From positions 9,054,001 to 9,118,000 of the forward strand of contig CM075995.1 in assembly GCA_038087875.1 (NCBI GenBank): a DNA stretch of 64,000 bases. The letters are read 5' to 3'. Origin of the DNA: Malacoraja senta. Taxonomy: Eukaryota. The position numbers and the translations under genes were made by a program. Of the stretch, positions 50,767-60,844 are shown in pieces. The notes under the pieces are model-generated. The model saw nothing but the letters and a program-made list of their open reading frames with translations. It ran no database searches and was not told the DNA's origin. Position 1 is the stretch's first letter, and each line of letters starts with the position of its first letter.

Positions 50767-53442
50767 AGATACATAGATACATAGAAAATAGGTGTAGGAG
50801 TAGGCCATTCGGCCCTTTGAGCCTGCACCGCCATTCAATATGATCATGGCTGATCATCCAACTCAGTATCCCGTACCTGCCTTCTCTCCATACCCCCTGA
50901 TCCCTTTAGCCACAAGGGCCACATCTAACTCCCTCTTAAATATAGCCAATGAACTGGCCTCGACTACCCTCTGTGGCAGAGAATTCCAGAGATTCACCAC
51001 TCTCTGTGTGAAAAAGTTTTTCCTCATCTCGGTCTTAAAGGATTTCCTCCTTATCCTTAAGCTGTGACCCCTTGTCCTGGACTTCCCCAACATCGGGAAC
51101 AATCTTCCTGCATCTAGCCTGTCCAACCCCATAAGAATTTTGTACGTTTCTATAAGATCCCCTCTCAATCTCCTAAATTCTAGCGAGTATAAGCCAAGTC
51201 TATCCAGTCTTTCTTCATATGAAAGTCCTGACATCCCAGGAATCAGTCTGGTGAACCTTCTCTGCACTCCCTCTATGGCTATAATGTCCTTCCTCAGATT
51301 TGGAGACCAAAACTGTACGCAATACTCCAGGTGTGGTCTCACCAAGACCCTGTACAACTGCAGTAGAACCTCCCTGCTCCTATACTCAAATCCTTTTGCT
51401 ATGAAAGCTAACATACCATTCGCTTTCTTCACTGCCTGCTCCACCTGCATGCCTACTTTCAATGACTGGTATACCGTGACACCCAGGTCTCGCTGCATCT
51501 CCCCATTTCCTAATCGGCCACCATTTAGATAATAGTCTGCTTTCCTGTTTTTGTCACCAAAGTGGATAACCTCACATTTATCCACATTATACTGCATCTG
51601 CCAAACATTTGCCCACTCACCCAGCCTATCCAAGTCACCTTGCAGTCTCCTAGCATCCTCCTCACAGCTAACACTGCCCCCCAGCTTAGTGTCATCCGCA
51701 AACTTGGAGATGTTGCCTTCAATTCCCTCATCCAGTTCATTAATATAAATTGTAAATAGCTGGGGTCCCAGCACTGAGCCTTGCGGTACCCCACTAGTCA
51801 CTGCCTGCCATTGTGAAAAGGACCCGTTTACTCCTACTCTTTGCTTCCTGTTTGCCAGCCAGTTCTCTATCCACATCAATACTGAACCCCCAATACCGTG
51901 TGCTTTAAGTTTGTATACTAATCTCTTATGTGGTACCTTGTCGAAAGCCTTCTGAAAGTCCAGATACAACACATCCACTGGTTCTCCCCTATCCACTCTA
52001 CTAGTTACATCCTCGAAAAATTCTATAAGATTCGTCAGACACGATTTACCTTTTGTAAATCCATGCTGACTTTGTCCAATGATTTCACCACTTTCCAAAT
52101 GTGCTGCTATCCCATCTTTAATAACTGACTCTAGCAGTTTCCCCACTACCGATGTTAGACTAACTGGTCTGTAATTCCCCGTTTTCTCTCTCCCTCCCTT
52201 CTTAAAAAGTGGGGTTACGTTTGCTACCCTCCAATCCTCAGGAACTACTCCAGAATCTAAAGAGTTTTGAAAAATTATCACTAATGCAACCACTATTTCT
52301 GGAGCTACTTCCTTAAGTACTCTGGGATGCAGCCTATCTGGCCCTGGTGATTTATCGGCCTTTAATCCATTCAATTTACCCAACACCACTTCCCGACTAA
52401 CCTGGATTTCACTCAGTTCCTCCATCTCCTTTGACCCGCGGCCCCCTTCTATTTCCGGCAGATTATTTATGTCTTCCTTAGTGAAGACGGAACCAAAGTA
52501 GTTATTCAATTGGTCCGCCATATCCTTGTTCCCCATGATCAATTCACCTGTTTCTGACTGCAAGGGACCTACATTTGTTTTAACTAATATCTTTCTCTTC
52601 ACATATCTATAAAAACTTTTGCAGTCAGTTTTTATGTTCCCTGCCAGTTTTCTTTCATAATCTATTTTCCCTTTCCTAATTAAGCCCTTTGTCCTCCTCT
52701 GCTGGTCTCTGAATTTCTCCCAGTTCTCTGGTATGCTGCTTTTTCTGGCTAATTTGTACGCATCATCTTTTGCTTTGATACTATCCCTGATTTCCCTTGT
52801 TACCCACGGATGCACTACCTTCCCTGATTTATTCTTTTGCCAAACTGGGATGAACAATTTTTGTAGTTCATCCATGCAGTCTTTAAATGCCTTCCATTGC
52901 ATATCCACCGTCAACCCTTTTAGAACTAATTGCCAGTCAATCTTGGCCAATTCACGTCTCATACCCTCAAAGTTACCTTTCTTTAAGTTCAGAACCGTTG
53001 TTTCTGAATTAACAATGTCACTCTCCATCCTAATGAAGAACTCAACCATATTATGGTCACTCTTGCCCAAGGGGGCACGCACAACAAGACTGCTAACTAA
53101 CCCTTCCTGATTACTCAATACCCAGTCTAGAATAGCCTGCTCTCTCGTTGGTTCCTCTACATGTTGGTTTATATAACTATCCCGCATACTTTCCAAGAAA
53201 TCCTCTTCCTCAGCACCCCTGCCAATTTGATTCACCCAATCAATATGTAGATTGAAGTCACCCATTATAACTGTTTTGCCTTTGTTGCACGCATTTCTAA
53301 TTTCCTGTTTGATGCCATCCCCAACTTCACTACTACTGTTAGGTGGCCTGTACACAACACTCACCAGCGTTTTCTGCCCCTTAGTGTTTCGCAGCTCTAC
53401 CCATACCGATTCCACATCCTCCAAGCTAATGTCCTTCCTTTC
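50767..53442 (-). mobile_element. Young 5'-truncated CR1 LINE
   Basis: Intact 3' stem-loop and (CTATGTAT)n tail; inserted at gagtta/ctcc of a Penelope-derived tandem. Confidence 0.97.
50863..53424 (-). CDS. CR1 ORF2 (partial APE endonuclease + reverse transcriptase), 853 aa uninterrupted
   Basis: YRPP, MGDFN, SDH, KSPGPD, LDFQKAFD, GVPQGSVLGP, FADD. Confidence 0.95.
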   Translation of the reverse strand: MEDVESVWVELRNTKGQKTLVSVVYRPPNSSSEVGDGIKQEIRNACNKGKTVIMGDFNLHIDWVNQIGRGAEEEDFLESMRDSYINQHVEEPTREQAILDWVLSNQEGLVSSLVVRAPLGKSDHNMVEFFIRMESDIVNSETTVLNLKKGNFEGMRRELAKIDWQLVLKGLTVDMQWKAFKDCMDELQKLFIPVWQKNKSGKVVHPWVTREIRDSIKAKDDAYKLARKSSIPENWEKFRDQQRRTKGLIRKGKIDYERKLAGNIKTDCKSFYRYVKRKILVKTNVGPLQSETGELIMGNKDMADQLNNYFGSVFTKEDINNLPEIEGGRGSKEMEELSEIQVSREVVLGKLNGLKADKSPGPDRLHPRVLKEVAPEIVVALVIIFQNSLDSGVVPEDWRVANVTPLFKKGGREKTGNYRPVSLTSVVGKLLESVIKDGIAAHLESGEIIGQSQHGFTKGKSCLTNLIEFFEDVTSRVDRGEPVDVLYLDFQKAFDKVPHKRLVYKLKAHGIGGSVLMWIENWLANRKQRVGVNGSFSQWQAVTSGVPQGSVLGPQLFTIYINELDEGIEGNISKFADDTKLGGSVSCEEDARRLQGDLDRLGEWANVWQMQYNVDKCEVIHFGDKNRKADYYLNGGRLGNGEMQRDLGVTVYQSLKVGMQVEQAVKKANGMLAFIAKGFEYRSREVLLQLYRVLVRPHLEYCVQFWSPNLRKDIIAIEGVQRRFTRLIPGMSGLSYEERLDRLGLYSLEFRRLRGDLIETYKILMGLDRLDAGRLFPMLGKSRTRGHSLRIRRKSFKTEMRKNFFTQRVVNLWNSLPQRVVEASSLAIFKRELDVALVAKGIRGYGEKAGTGY

Positions 53443-53587
53443 TACTCCAGCACTCTGTGAAACGTCACCTATCCATGTTCTCCACAGATGCTGCCTGACC
53501 CGCTGAGTTACTCCAGCACTCTGTGAAACGTCACCTATCCATGTTCTCCACAGATGCTGCCTGACCCGCTGAGTTACTCCAGCATTT
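53443..53587 (+). repeat. Two further 66-bp Penelope-derived tandem units
   Basis: Same unit as 38030-38620. Confidence 0.9.
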
Positions 53588-54046
53588 TGCGTCTATCTCT
53601 TAGAGATAATCGATGTGCATTTGAGCTATTAGAAATGCTCAGATCTACGTCAATTATCTATGAATATAATTTTCTTTGCCTCACTTTTTCTTTTAATACT
53701 TCCCTTGCAATCTTTCACCGACCGATTCCTGTCGGAAACAGATAACAAAACCTATCAAAACAGACAAGGTTACACTGATATGCGTCATTAACTCCGTCAG
53801 GACTGGAATCAAGGGGCTGCGTACATTCGCTCTGATCTCGTTCTTCATACTTCCCGTGACCCAGTGTATGTTTTCCCTCGAACAAGACACTAGATTAACA
53901 TCTGCAGATTTGTGAATGGTTGTTTTCAAAGCCTTGCCTTCCTCCCATCCAAATCCTTAAGTGGTTTGTGGTCGTGACTGAATTAACCAGTTCATCACCG
54001 GGACGTTTGACTGAATAGCGCTCATTAAGATATAGGGGCACTCTTC

Positions 54047-54387
54047 TGGGCCTGTCCCACTTACGCAACTTTTTCTGCGACTGCCAGCACCCGTCTTAGG
54101 TCGTCACAGGTCGCCGAAAATGTTCAACATGTTGAAAATCCAGCGGCGACCAGAACAAGGTACGACTCTTTGGGCGACTACTCACGGCCATACAGGCTTC
54201 ACCCCGCGACATGTCGGCAGGGTGTCGCCTGTACGGTCGTGAGTCGTCTCCTCAGTCGCCCAAAGAGTCGTAGTGTCTTTCTGGTCGCAGCTGGATTTTC
54301 AACATGTTGAACAGTTTCGCCGACCTGCAACGACCTATGACGGGTGCCGGCAGTCGCTGAAAAAGTCGCGTAAGTGGGACAGGCCCA
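54047..54387. mobile_element. Harbinger-type palindromic MITE
   Basis: tgggcctgtcccacttacgc / gcgtaagtgggacaggccca; flanks ttc / tta. Confidence 0.9.
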
Positions 54388-54581
54388 TTAGGTCATTCGA
54401 CCCTTCGAGTCTACTCCGCCATTCATCCATGGCTGAATCTATTTTTTCCTCTCATTAGTCCATAAGTCATAGGAGCCGAATTAGACCATTTGGCCCATCG
54501 AGTCTCCTCTCCACGTCCACTCTATCCAAGCCTTTCATTCTCCGGTAGGTTTCAATGAGATCCTCCCTCGTCCTTCTAAAC

Positions 54582-55184
54582 CTAGGGTTTCCAACCATAT
54601 AACCATATAACGATTACAGCACGGAAACAGGCCATTTCGGCCCTTCTAGTCCGTGCCGAACACTTACTCTCACCGAGTCCCATCTACCTGCCCTCAGACC
54701 ATAACCCTCCATTCCTTTCCCGTCCATATACCTATCCAATTTATTTTTAAATGCTAAAATCGAACCTGCCTCCACCACTTCCACTGGAACCTCATTCCAC
54801 ACAGCTACCACTCTCTGAGTAAAGAAGTTCCCCCTCATGTTACCCCTAAACTTTTGTCCCTTAATTCTCAAATCATGTCCTCTTGTTTGAATCTTCCCAA
54901 CTCTCAATGGAAAAAGCTTATCCACGTCAACTCTGTCTATCCCTCTCATAATTTTAAAGACCTCTATCAAGTCCCCCTGGGGTAAATTTCACCGACCCAG
55001 TGGGGTACATTTGTTGATTGTGGATTTGTACATATTTTTTCTCATTGACTGACTGTGTTTGGTTCTGGTATCTGTATCTGGTATCTGTTCATCATTAGTT
55101 GTTCATAAATAAGTGCAATAACATTGTTATTTGCTATTAAAATTGCCTGGGGTAAACTGGACGAAAAAAGTTAGGAAACCCCCG
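54582..55184. mobile_element. hAT MITE with nested antisense CR1 3' fragment (54594-54977)
   Basis: Termini ctagggtttcc / ggaaacccccg; 8-bp TSD ttctaaac. Confidence 0.78.
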
Positions 55185-56039
55185 TTCTAAACTCTAGCGA
55201 GTCATAGGAGTAGATTTAGGTCTTTAGGGCCATCGAGTCTACTCCGCCATTCAATCACGGCTGATCTATCTCTCCCTCCTAACCCCATTCTCCTGCCCTC
55301 TCCCCATAATCTTTGACGCCCTTATTAATCAAGAATTCGTCAATCTCCATCTTAAAAATATCCATTGACTTGACTTGGCCTCCACAGCCGTCTGTGGCAA
55401 TGAATTCCACAGATTCACCACCCTCTGGCAAATACATTTCTCTCCATCTCCATTTTGAAGCCAGGTCCTTTTATTCTAAGGCCGTGCCCTCTGCTCTTGG
55501 GTTCTCCCACCACTGGAGACATCCTTTCCACATCCGTTCCATCCAGCCCTTTCATTACCAGGTGGGTTTCAATGAAGTCCCCCCCCGCATCTTTCTAAAC
55601 TTCAGCGAGTACATGCCCACTGCCATCACACGCTCATTATATTATTAATGTTTAATGTTTTATGTGTTATTCTTAACTGTCACTGTATGTCATGTTATCA
55701 CTTGCGAGCAGAGCACCAAGGCAAATTCCTTGTATGTGATTACTTGGCCAATAAATTTGGTAAATGCAAAAATTGCCCCTAGTGGGTGTAGGATAATGTG
55801 TTAGTGTGCGGGGATCGCTGGTCGGCGCGGACCCAGTGGCGCGAAGGGCCCGATTCCGCGCTGTATCTCCAAACTAAACTAAACGTGCAAACACCGTACA
55901 GACAGACAGGCACCATCAGAGATCAGGAGCACCCGGAGAAAACCCACGCAGGTCATGGGAAGAACGTACAAACTCTGTTCAGGCAGCACCCATAGTCAGC
56001 CTCTGCCAACCGCCCAAAAAGCCTGCAATATGATTCCAA

Positions 56040-56492
56040 TATGCTGAGAGAATGGAGCAGCTGGGCTTGTACACTCTGGAGTTTAGAAGGATGAGAGGGG
56101 ATCTCATTGAAACATATAAGATTGTTAAGGGCTTGGACACGCTCGAGGCAGGAAACATGTTCCCGATGTTGGGGGAGTCCAGAACCAGGGGCCACAGGTG
56201 AAGAATAAGGAGTAAGCCATTTAGAACGGAGACGAGGAAACACTTTTCCTCACAGAGAGTTGTGAGTCTGTGGAATTCTCTGCCTCAGAGGGCGGTGAAG
56301 GCTGGTTCTCTGGATGCTTTCAAGAGAGAGCTAGATAGGGCTCTTAAAGATAGCGGTCAGGGGATATGGGGAGAAGGCAGGAACAGGGGTACTGATTGGG
56401 GATGATCAGCCATGATCACATTGAATGGCGGTGCTGGCTTGAAGGGCCAAATGGCCTACTCCTGCACCTATTGTCTATTGTCTATTGTCTAT
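56040..56492 (+). mobile_element. CR1 3' fragment
   Basis: CR1 C-terminus and tail. Confidence 0.9.
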
Positions 56493-56589
56493 AACATTTA
56501 TGTCTAAAGAAGGGGTCTCAACCCAAACCGTCACCCATTCCTTCATCTCCAGAGATGCTGCCTGACCCGCTGAGTTACCCCAGCATTGT

Positions 56590-56797
56590 ATGTTCAAGAA
56601 GGAACTGCAGATGCTGGAAAAAAATCGAAGGTAGACAAAAATGCTGGAGAAACTCAGCAGGTGAGACAGCATCTATGGAGCGAAGGAAATAGGCGACGTT
56701 TCGGGTCGAGACCCTTCTTCAGTCTGCCTATTTCCTTCGCTCCATAGATGCTGCCTGACCCTCTGAGTTAACCCAGCATTTTACGTGTCTATCTTCA
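56590..56797. mobile_element. Penelope pLTR (minus) with inverted piece
   Basis: gacgtttcgggtcgagacccttcttcag then gcctatttccttcgctccatagatgctgcc. Confidence 0.85.
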
Positions 56798-57217
56798 ATG
56801 TTTTACGCCACGGTTCCTTTGAAGCTGAAGCTTTATCCTTTGATTTTGTGTGAACATTGTTGGCTTTGCTCGGGAAGTGCCCTCATGTGGTGGAGCCTCA
56901 ATGATCCAAACCTCACCTCTTGTCTTCATCTTGTTTTGTTCGCACGCAGCTTGGTAAACTGGTGTAACGCTGACAACTTATCTAGCCTCCATCAGTGGGT
57001 TTATGGCTAATCAGAGAGAAGAAAGAAGGGCTGAAACTTAATATGGAGTCGTGGAGGGTGATTGTCAAGGCTGTTTTTGATTGAGCCCGAAGCTATGCTA
57101 CCTTTGTACCCTGTTCGCATGGGGCGTCACGGAGTTACATAGGGGTAGTGCTCTCCCCTTTCACTCTTCTAACACCTGCACCACCCCCAACTGCTCGAAC
57201 GGAGATTGAACTTTGAA

Positions 57218-58148
57218 CTTGAAACTTATAAGATTGTTAAGGGCTCGGACACACTAGAGGCAGGAAACATGTTCCCGATGTTGGGGGCGTCCAGAACCAG
57301 GGGCAACAGTTTAAGAATAAGGAGTAGGCCATTTAGAATGGGGACGAGAAAACACTTTTTCTCACAGAGAGTGGTGAGTCTGTGGAATTCTCTGCCTCAG
57401 AGGGCGGTGGAGGCAGGTTCTCCGGATGCTTTCAAGAGAGAGCTAGATAGGGCTCTTAAATATAGCGGACTCAGAGGATATGGGGAGAAGGCAGGAACGG
57501 GGTAGTGATTGGGGATGATCAGCCATGATCACATTGAATGGCGGTGCTGGCTCGAAGGGCCAAGTGGCCTACTCCTGCACCTATTGTCTATTGTCTATTG
57601 ATTATCTTATTCTCCCATTTAGTTTAGTTTTGGGCTGCAGCACGGAGACAGGCCATTCGGCCCACCGAGTCTGCGCTGGCCAGCGATCCCCGCGCGCCAA
57701 CACTATCCTACACACACTGGGGGACAATTTAGACTTCTACCAAGCCGATTAACCTGCAAGCCTGCCGGAGTCTAAAGGGCCTGTCCCACTTATGCGATTT
57801 TTTCGGCGACTGCCGGCACTCATCATGGTCGCAACAGGTCTCCGAAAATTTTCAACATGTTGAAAATCCAGCGGCGACCAGAAAAAGGTACGGCTCTTTG
57901 GGCGACTACTCACGACCATACAGGCTTCACCCCGCGACATTAGTAGCAGAGGTCACGGCCTTAGAATAAAAGGACGTTCCTTTAGAGCTAGATTGGGCTC
58001 TTAAAGATAGTGGAGTCAGGGGATATGGGGAGAAGGCAGGAACGGGGTACTGATTGGGGATGATCAGCCATGATCACATTGAATGGCGGTGCTGGCTCGA
58101 AGGACCGAATGGCCTACTCCTGCACCTATTGTCTATTGTCTATTGTCT
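57218..58148. mobile_element. CR1 3' ends, HE1 piece and half Harbinger MITE (57776-57940)
   Basis: Family motifs as above. Confidence 0.82.
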
Positions 58149-58404
58149 GAAGGAGGCGAGAAGGAATTTCTTCAGTCAGAGGGTGGCGAATCTGATGAAT
58201 TATTTGCCACAAGCGGCTGTGGAGGTCACATCAGTGGGTATTTTGAAGGCAGACTTTGCCAGATTCTTGATTAGTACGAGTGTCAGGGCTTATGGGGAGA
58301 AGGCGGGAGAACGGGGGTTAGGAGGGAGAGATAGATCGACCATGATTGATTGAATGGCGGAGTAGACTTGATGGGCCGAATGGCCTAATTCTGCTCCTAT
58401 CACT

Positions 58405-58952
58405 GGGCGGGTGCGGAGAGGGGGCGCGACGGCTCACTGGACGATCCAGACGGAGGCGGCGGCAGCAGCGGGCCTTCATGGCCAACTATGCCCTTAGCTG
58501 GGACTGGGAAATGGTGGCGAAACCTGGCGACTCCCGCACATGGGATTCAGTGAGCTGCTTCTATACATTCCTCCGGTCCTGCAGTCTGCGCTGCTTCTGG
58601 CTGCGGCGTTTCGGGAACTTTAGATCTTCGACCGCCGGCCTGCGGCCTACACCATCTTGAAGCCGCGGTCTCCGGTGGGGAGGCACTGATTCAGGACTTA
58701 CCTGGACTTACCTTGTCTGCACATCTGGACGCCCGCAGCGGCAACTGCGGAGGGTTGTGGTCCCGAACACGGGGGGGAAAATGGAGGTGGACTGGCCAAA
58801 CTTTGTGCCTTCCACCACAGTGATAAATGCTGTGGTGGATGTTTGTATTAAATTTTTATTGTGCATTGTGTGTTCTTTTTTTATTGTACCGCTGCTGGCA
58901 AATTCATTTCACTGCACTTAATGTGCAAGTGACGAATAAAACTTGACTTGAC
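58405..58952 (+). mobile_element. Divergent GC-rich retroposon copy
   Basis: Hairpin 58811-58839; tail tttcactgcac..gtgacgaataaa(acttg)n. Confidence 0.62.
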
Positions 58953-59117
58953 TTATTTTTTTTTTCTTCCCTCTCTATTAGTTTACAGATCTTTCTTTTC
59001 AGTTCTATCTTTCAAAAAATTCTAAAAAAAACCAAGCTTTGTATGAATGTAATTGATCAACAAACCGTGTTGTTATTATGTGTTTACGCTTCTAAAAAAT
59101 AAAAAATAAAAAAAATA
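58953..59117 (+). mobile_element. Short poly(A)-tailed L1-type insertion
   Basis: 15-bp TSD aaaacttgacttgac; T-rich body and A-rich tail. Confidence 0.7.
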
Positions 59118-59149
59118 AAAACTTGACTTGACATTAAGTGCAGATTAAC

Positions 59150-59364
59150 CTTTATTAATCCATGCCATTTATAATCTCCACTACACATATATGCATGCTA
59201 CCCATTACATGGTATTACAGTACTACACTAACCCTGACGGCCAGCTGGCAGAGTGTTTTGCTGAGCTTCATGGGCACGTCTGTGCAACTTAAACGCTCTG
59301 TATTTCTGAATGGAATAAAGACTTATGTTTCACCATGTATGTCGTAGTGGATCGTTCGCCAACG
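59150..59364 (+). mobile_element. Probable LTR (5' boundary unclear)
   Basis: AATAAA at 59314, ends ..ccaacg directly before TGGTGTCAGAAGTGGGAT. Confidence 0.5.
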
Positions 59365-59408
59365 TGGTGTCAGAAGTGGGATTCGAACCCACGCCTCCAA
59401 AGGAGACT
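59365..59408 (-). pseudogene. 3' half of mature tRNA-Leu(CAG/CAA type) including CCA
   Basis: Minus strand agtctcctttggaggcgtgggttcgaatcccacttctgacaCCA. Confidence 0.85.
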
Positions 59409-59524
59409 AAGCTGGGATTGTATTTATGTATGTATGGCAATAATCGTATGATCTGTCATCAAAAAATTAATTTCACCGGGCCTTGGCCCAAGTGATTATA
59501 AAGAACCATCGAAGGTTCTATGTT

Positions 59525-60832
59525 AGATTATTAAGGGCTTGGACACGCTAGAGGCAGGAAACATGTTCCCGATGTTGGGGGAGTCCAGAACCAGGGGCCG
59601 CCGTTTAAGAATAAGGAGTAAGCCATTTAGAACGGAGACGAGCAAACACTTTTTCTCACAGAGAGTTGGTGAGTCTATGGAATTCTCTGCCTCAGAGGGC
59701 GGTGGAGGCCGGTTCTCTGGATACTTTCAAGAGAGAGCTAGATAGGGCTCTTAAAGATAGCGGAGTCAGGGAATATGGGGAGAAGGCAGGAACGGGGTAC
59801 TGATTGGGGATGATCAGCCATGATCATATTGAATGGCGGTGCTGGCTCAAAGGGCCGAATGGCCTACTCCTGCACCTATTGTCTATTGTCTATTGTCTAT
59901 TGTTAATTTTCACTTCAATTTCAGATCAATGCACCAGGTTTTCATTGATGTATGACGATGATGAAGACAGACACAAAAAGTAACTCAGCGGGTCAGGCAA
60001 CATCTCTGGAGAAAAGGAATAGGTGACGTTTCAGGTCGACAACCTCCTTCAGACAGGCAAGGATAAGTAGAGCCTTAGTTTATTGTCACATGTACCGAGG
60101 TACAGTGACAAGCTTTTGTTGCATGCTATCCAGTCGGTGGAAAGACAATAGATAATAGACAATAGGTGCAGGTGTAGGCCATTCGGCCCTTCAAGCCAGC
60201 GCCGCCATTCAATATGATCATGGCTGATCATGGAGAACCGTCCTCCACCGTCCTCTGAGGCAGAGAATTCCACAGACTCACAACTCTCTGTGTGAAAAAG
60301 TATTTCCTCTTCTCCGTTCCAAATGGCTAACCCTTATTCTTAAATTGTGTCCCCTGATTCTGGACTCCCCCAACATCGGGAACATGTTTTCTGCCTCTAG
60401 CGTGTCCAAACTCTTAATAATCTTATATGTTTCAATAAGATGCCCTCTCATCCTTCTAAACTCCAGAGTATACAAGCCCAGCCGCTCCATTCTCTCAACA
60501 TATGGCAGTCCCGCCATCCTGGGAATTAACATGGTGACCCTACACTGCACTCCCTCAATAGCAAGAATGTCCTTCCTCAAGTTTGGAGACCAACACTGCA
60601 CACAATACACCCGGTGTGGTCTCACTAGGGCCTTGTACAACTGCAGAAGGACCTCTTTGCTCCTATACTCAACTCCTCTAGTTATGAAGGCCAACATGCC
60701 ATTCGCTTTCTTCACTGCCTGCTGTTCCTGCATGCTTACTTTCAGTGACTGATGAACAAGGAGCCCCAGATCCCGTTGTACTTCCCCTTTTCCCAACTTG
60801 ACACCATTCAGATAATAATCTGCCTTCCTGTT
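59525..60832. mobile_element. CR1 3' fragments (59525-59903 +, 60143-60832 -)
   Basis: ORF 60278-60916 and tails. Confidence 0.9.
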
Positions 60833-60844
60833 TAGATAATTACA

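Noticed and set aside
59365..59408. Functional tRNA-Leu gene
   Set aside because: Only the 3' 44 nt is present; no D-arm or anticodon, and encoded CCA indicates a reverse-transcribed copy
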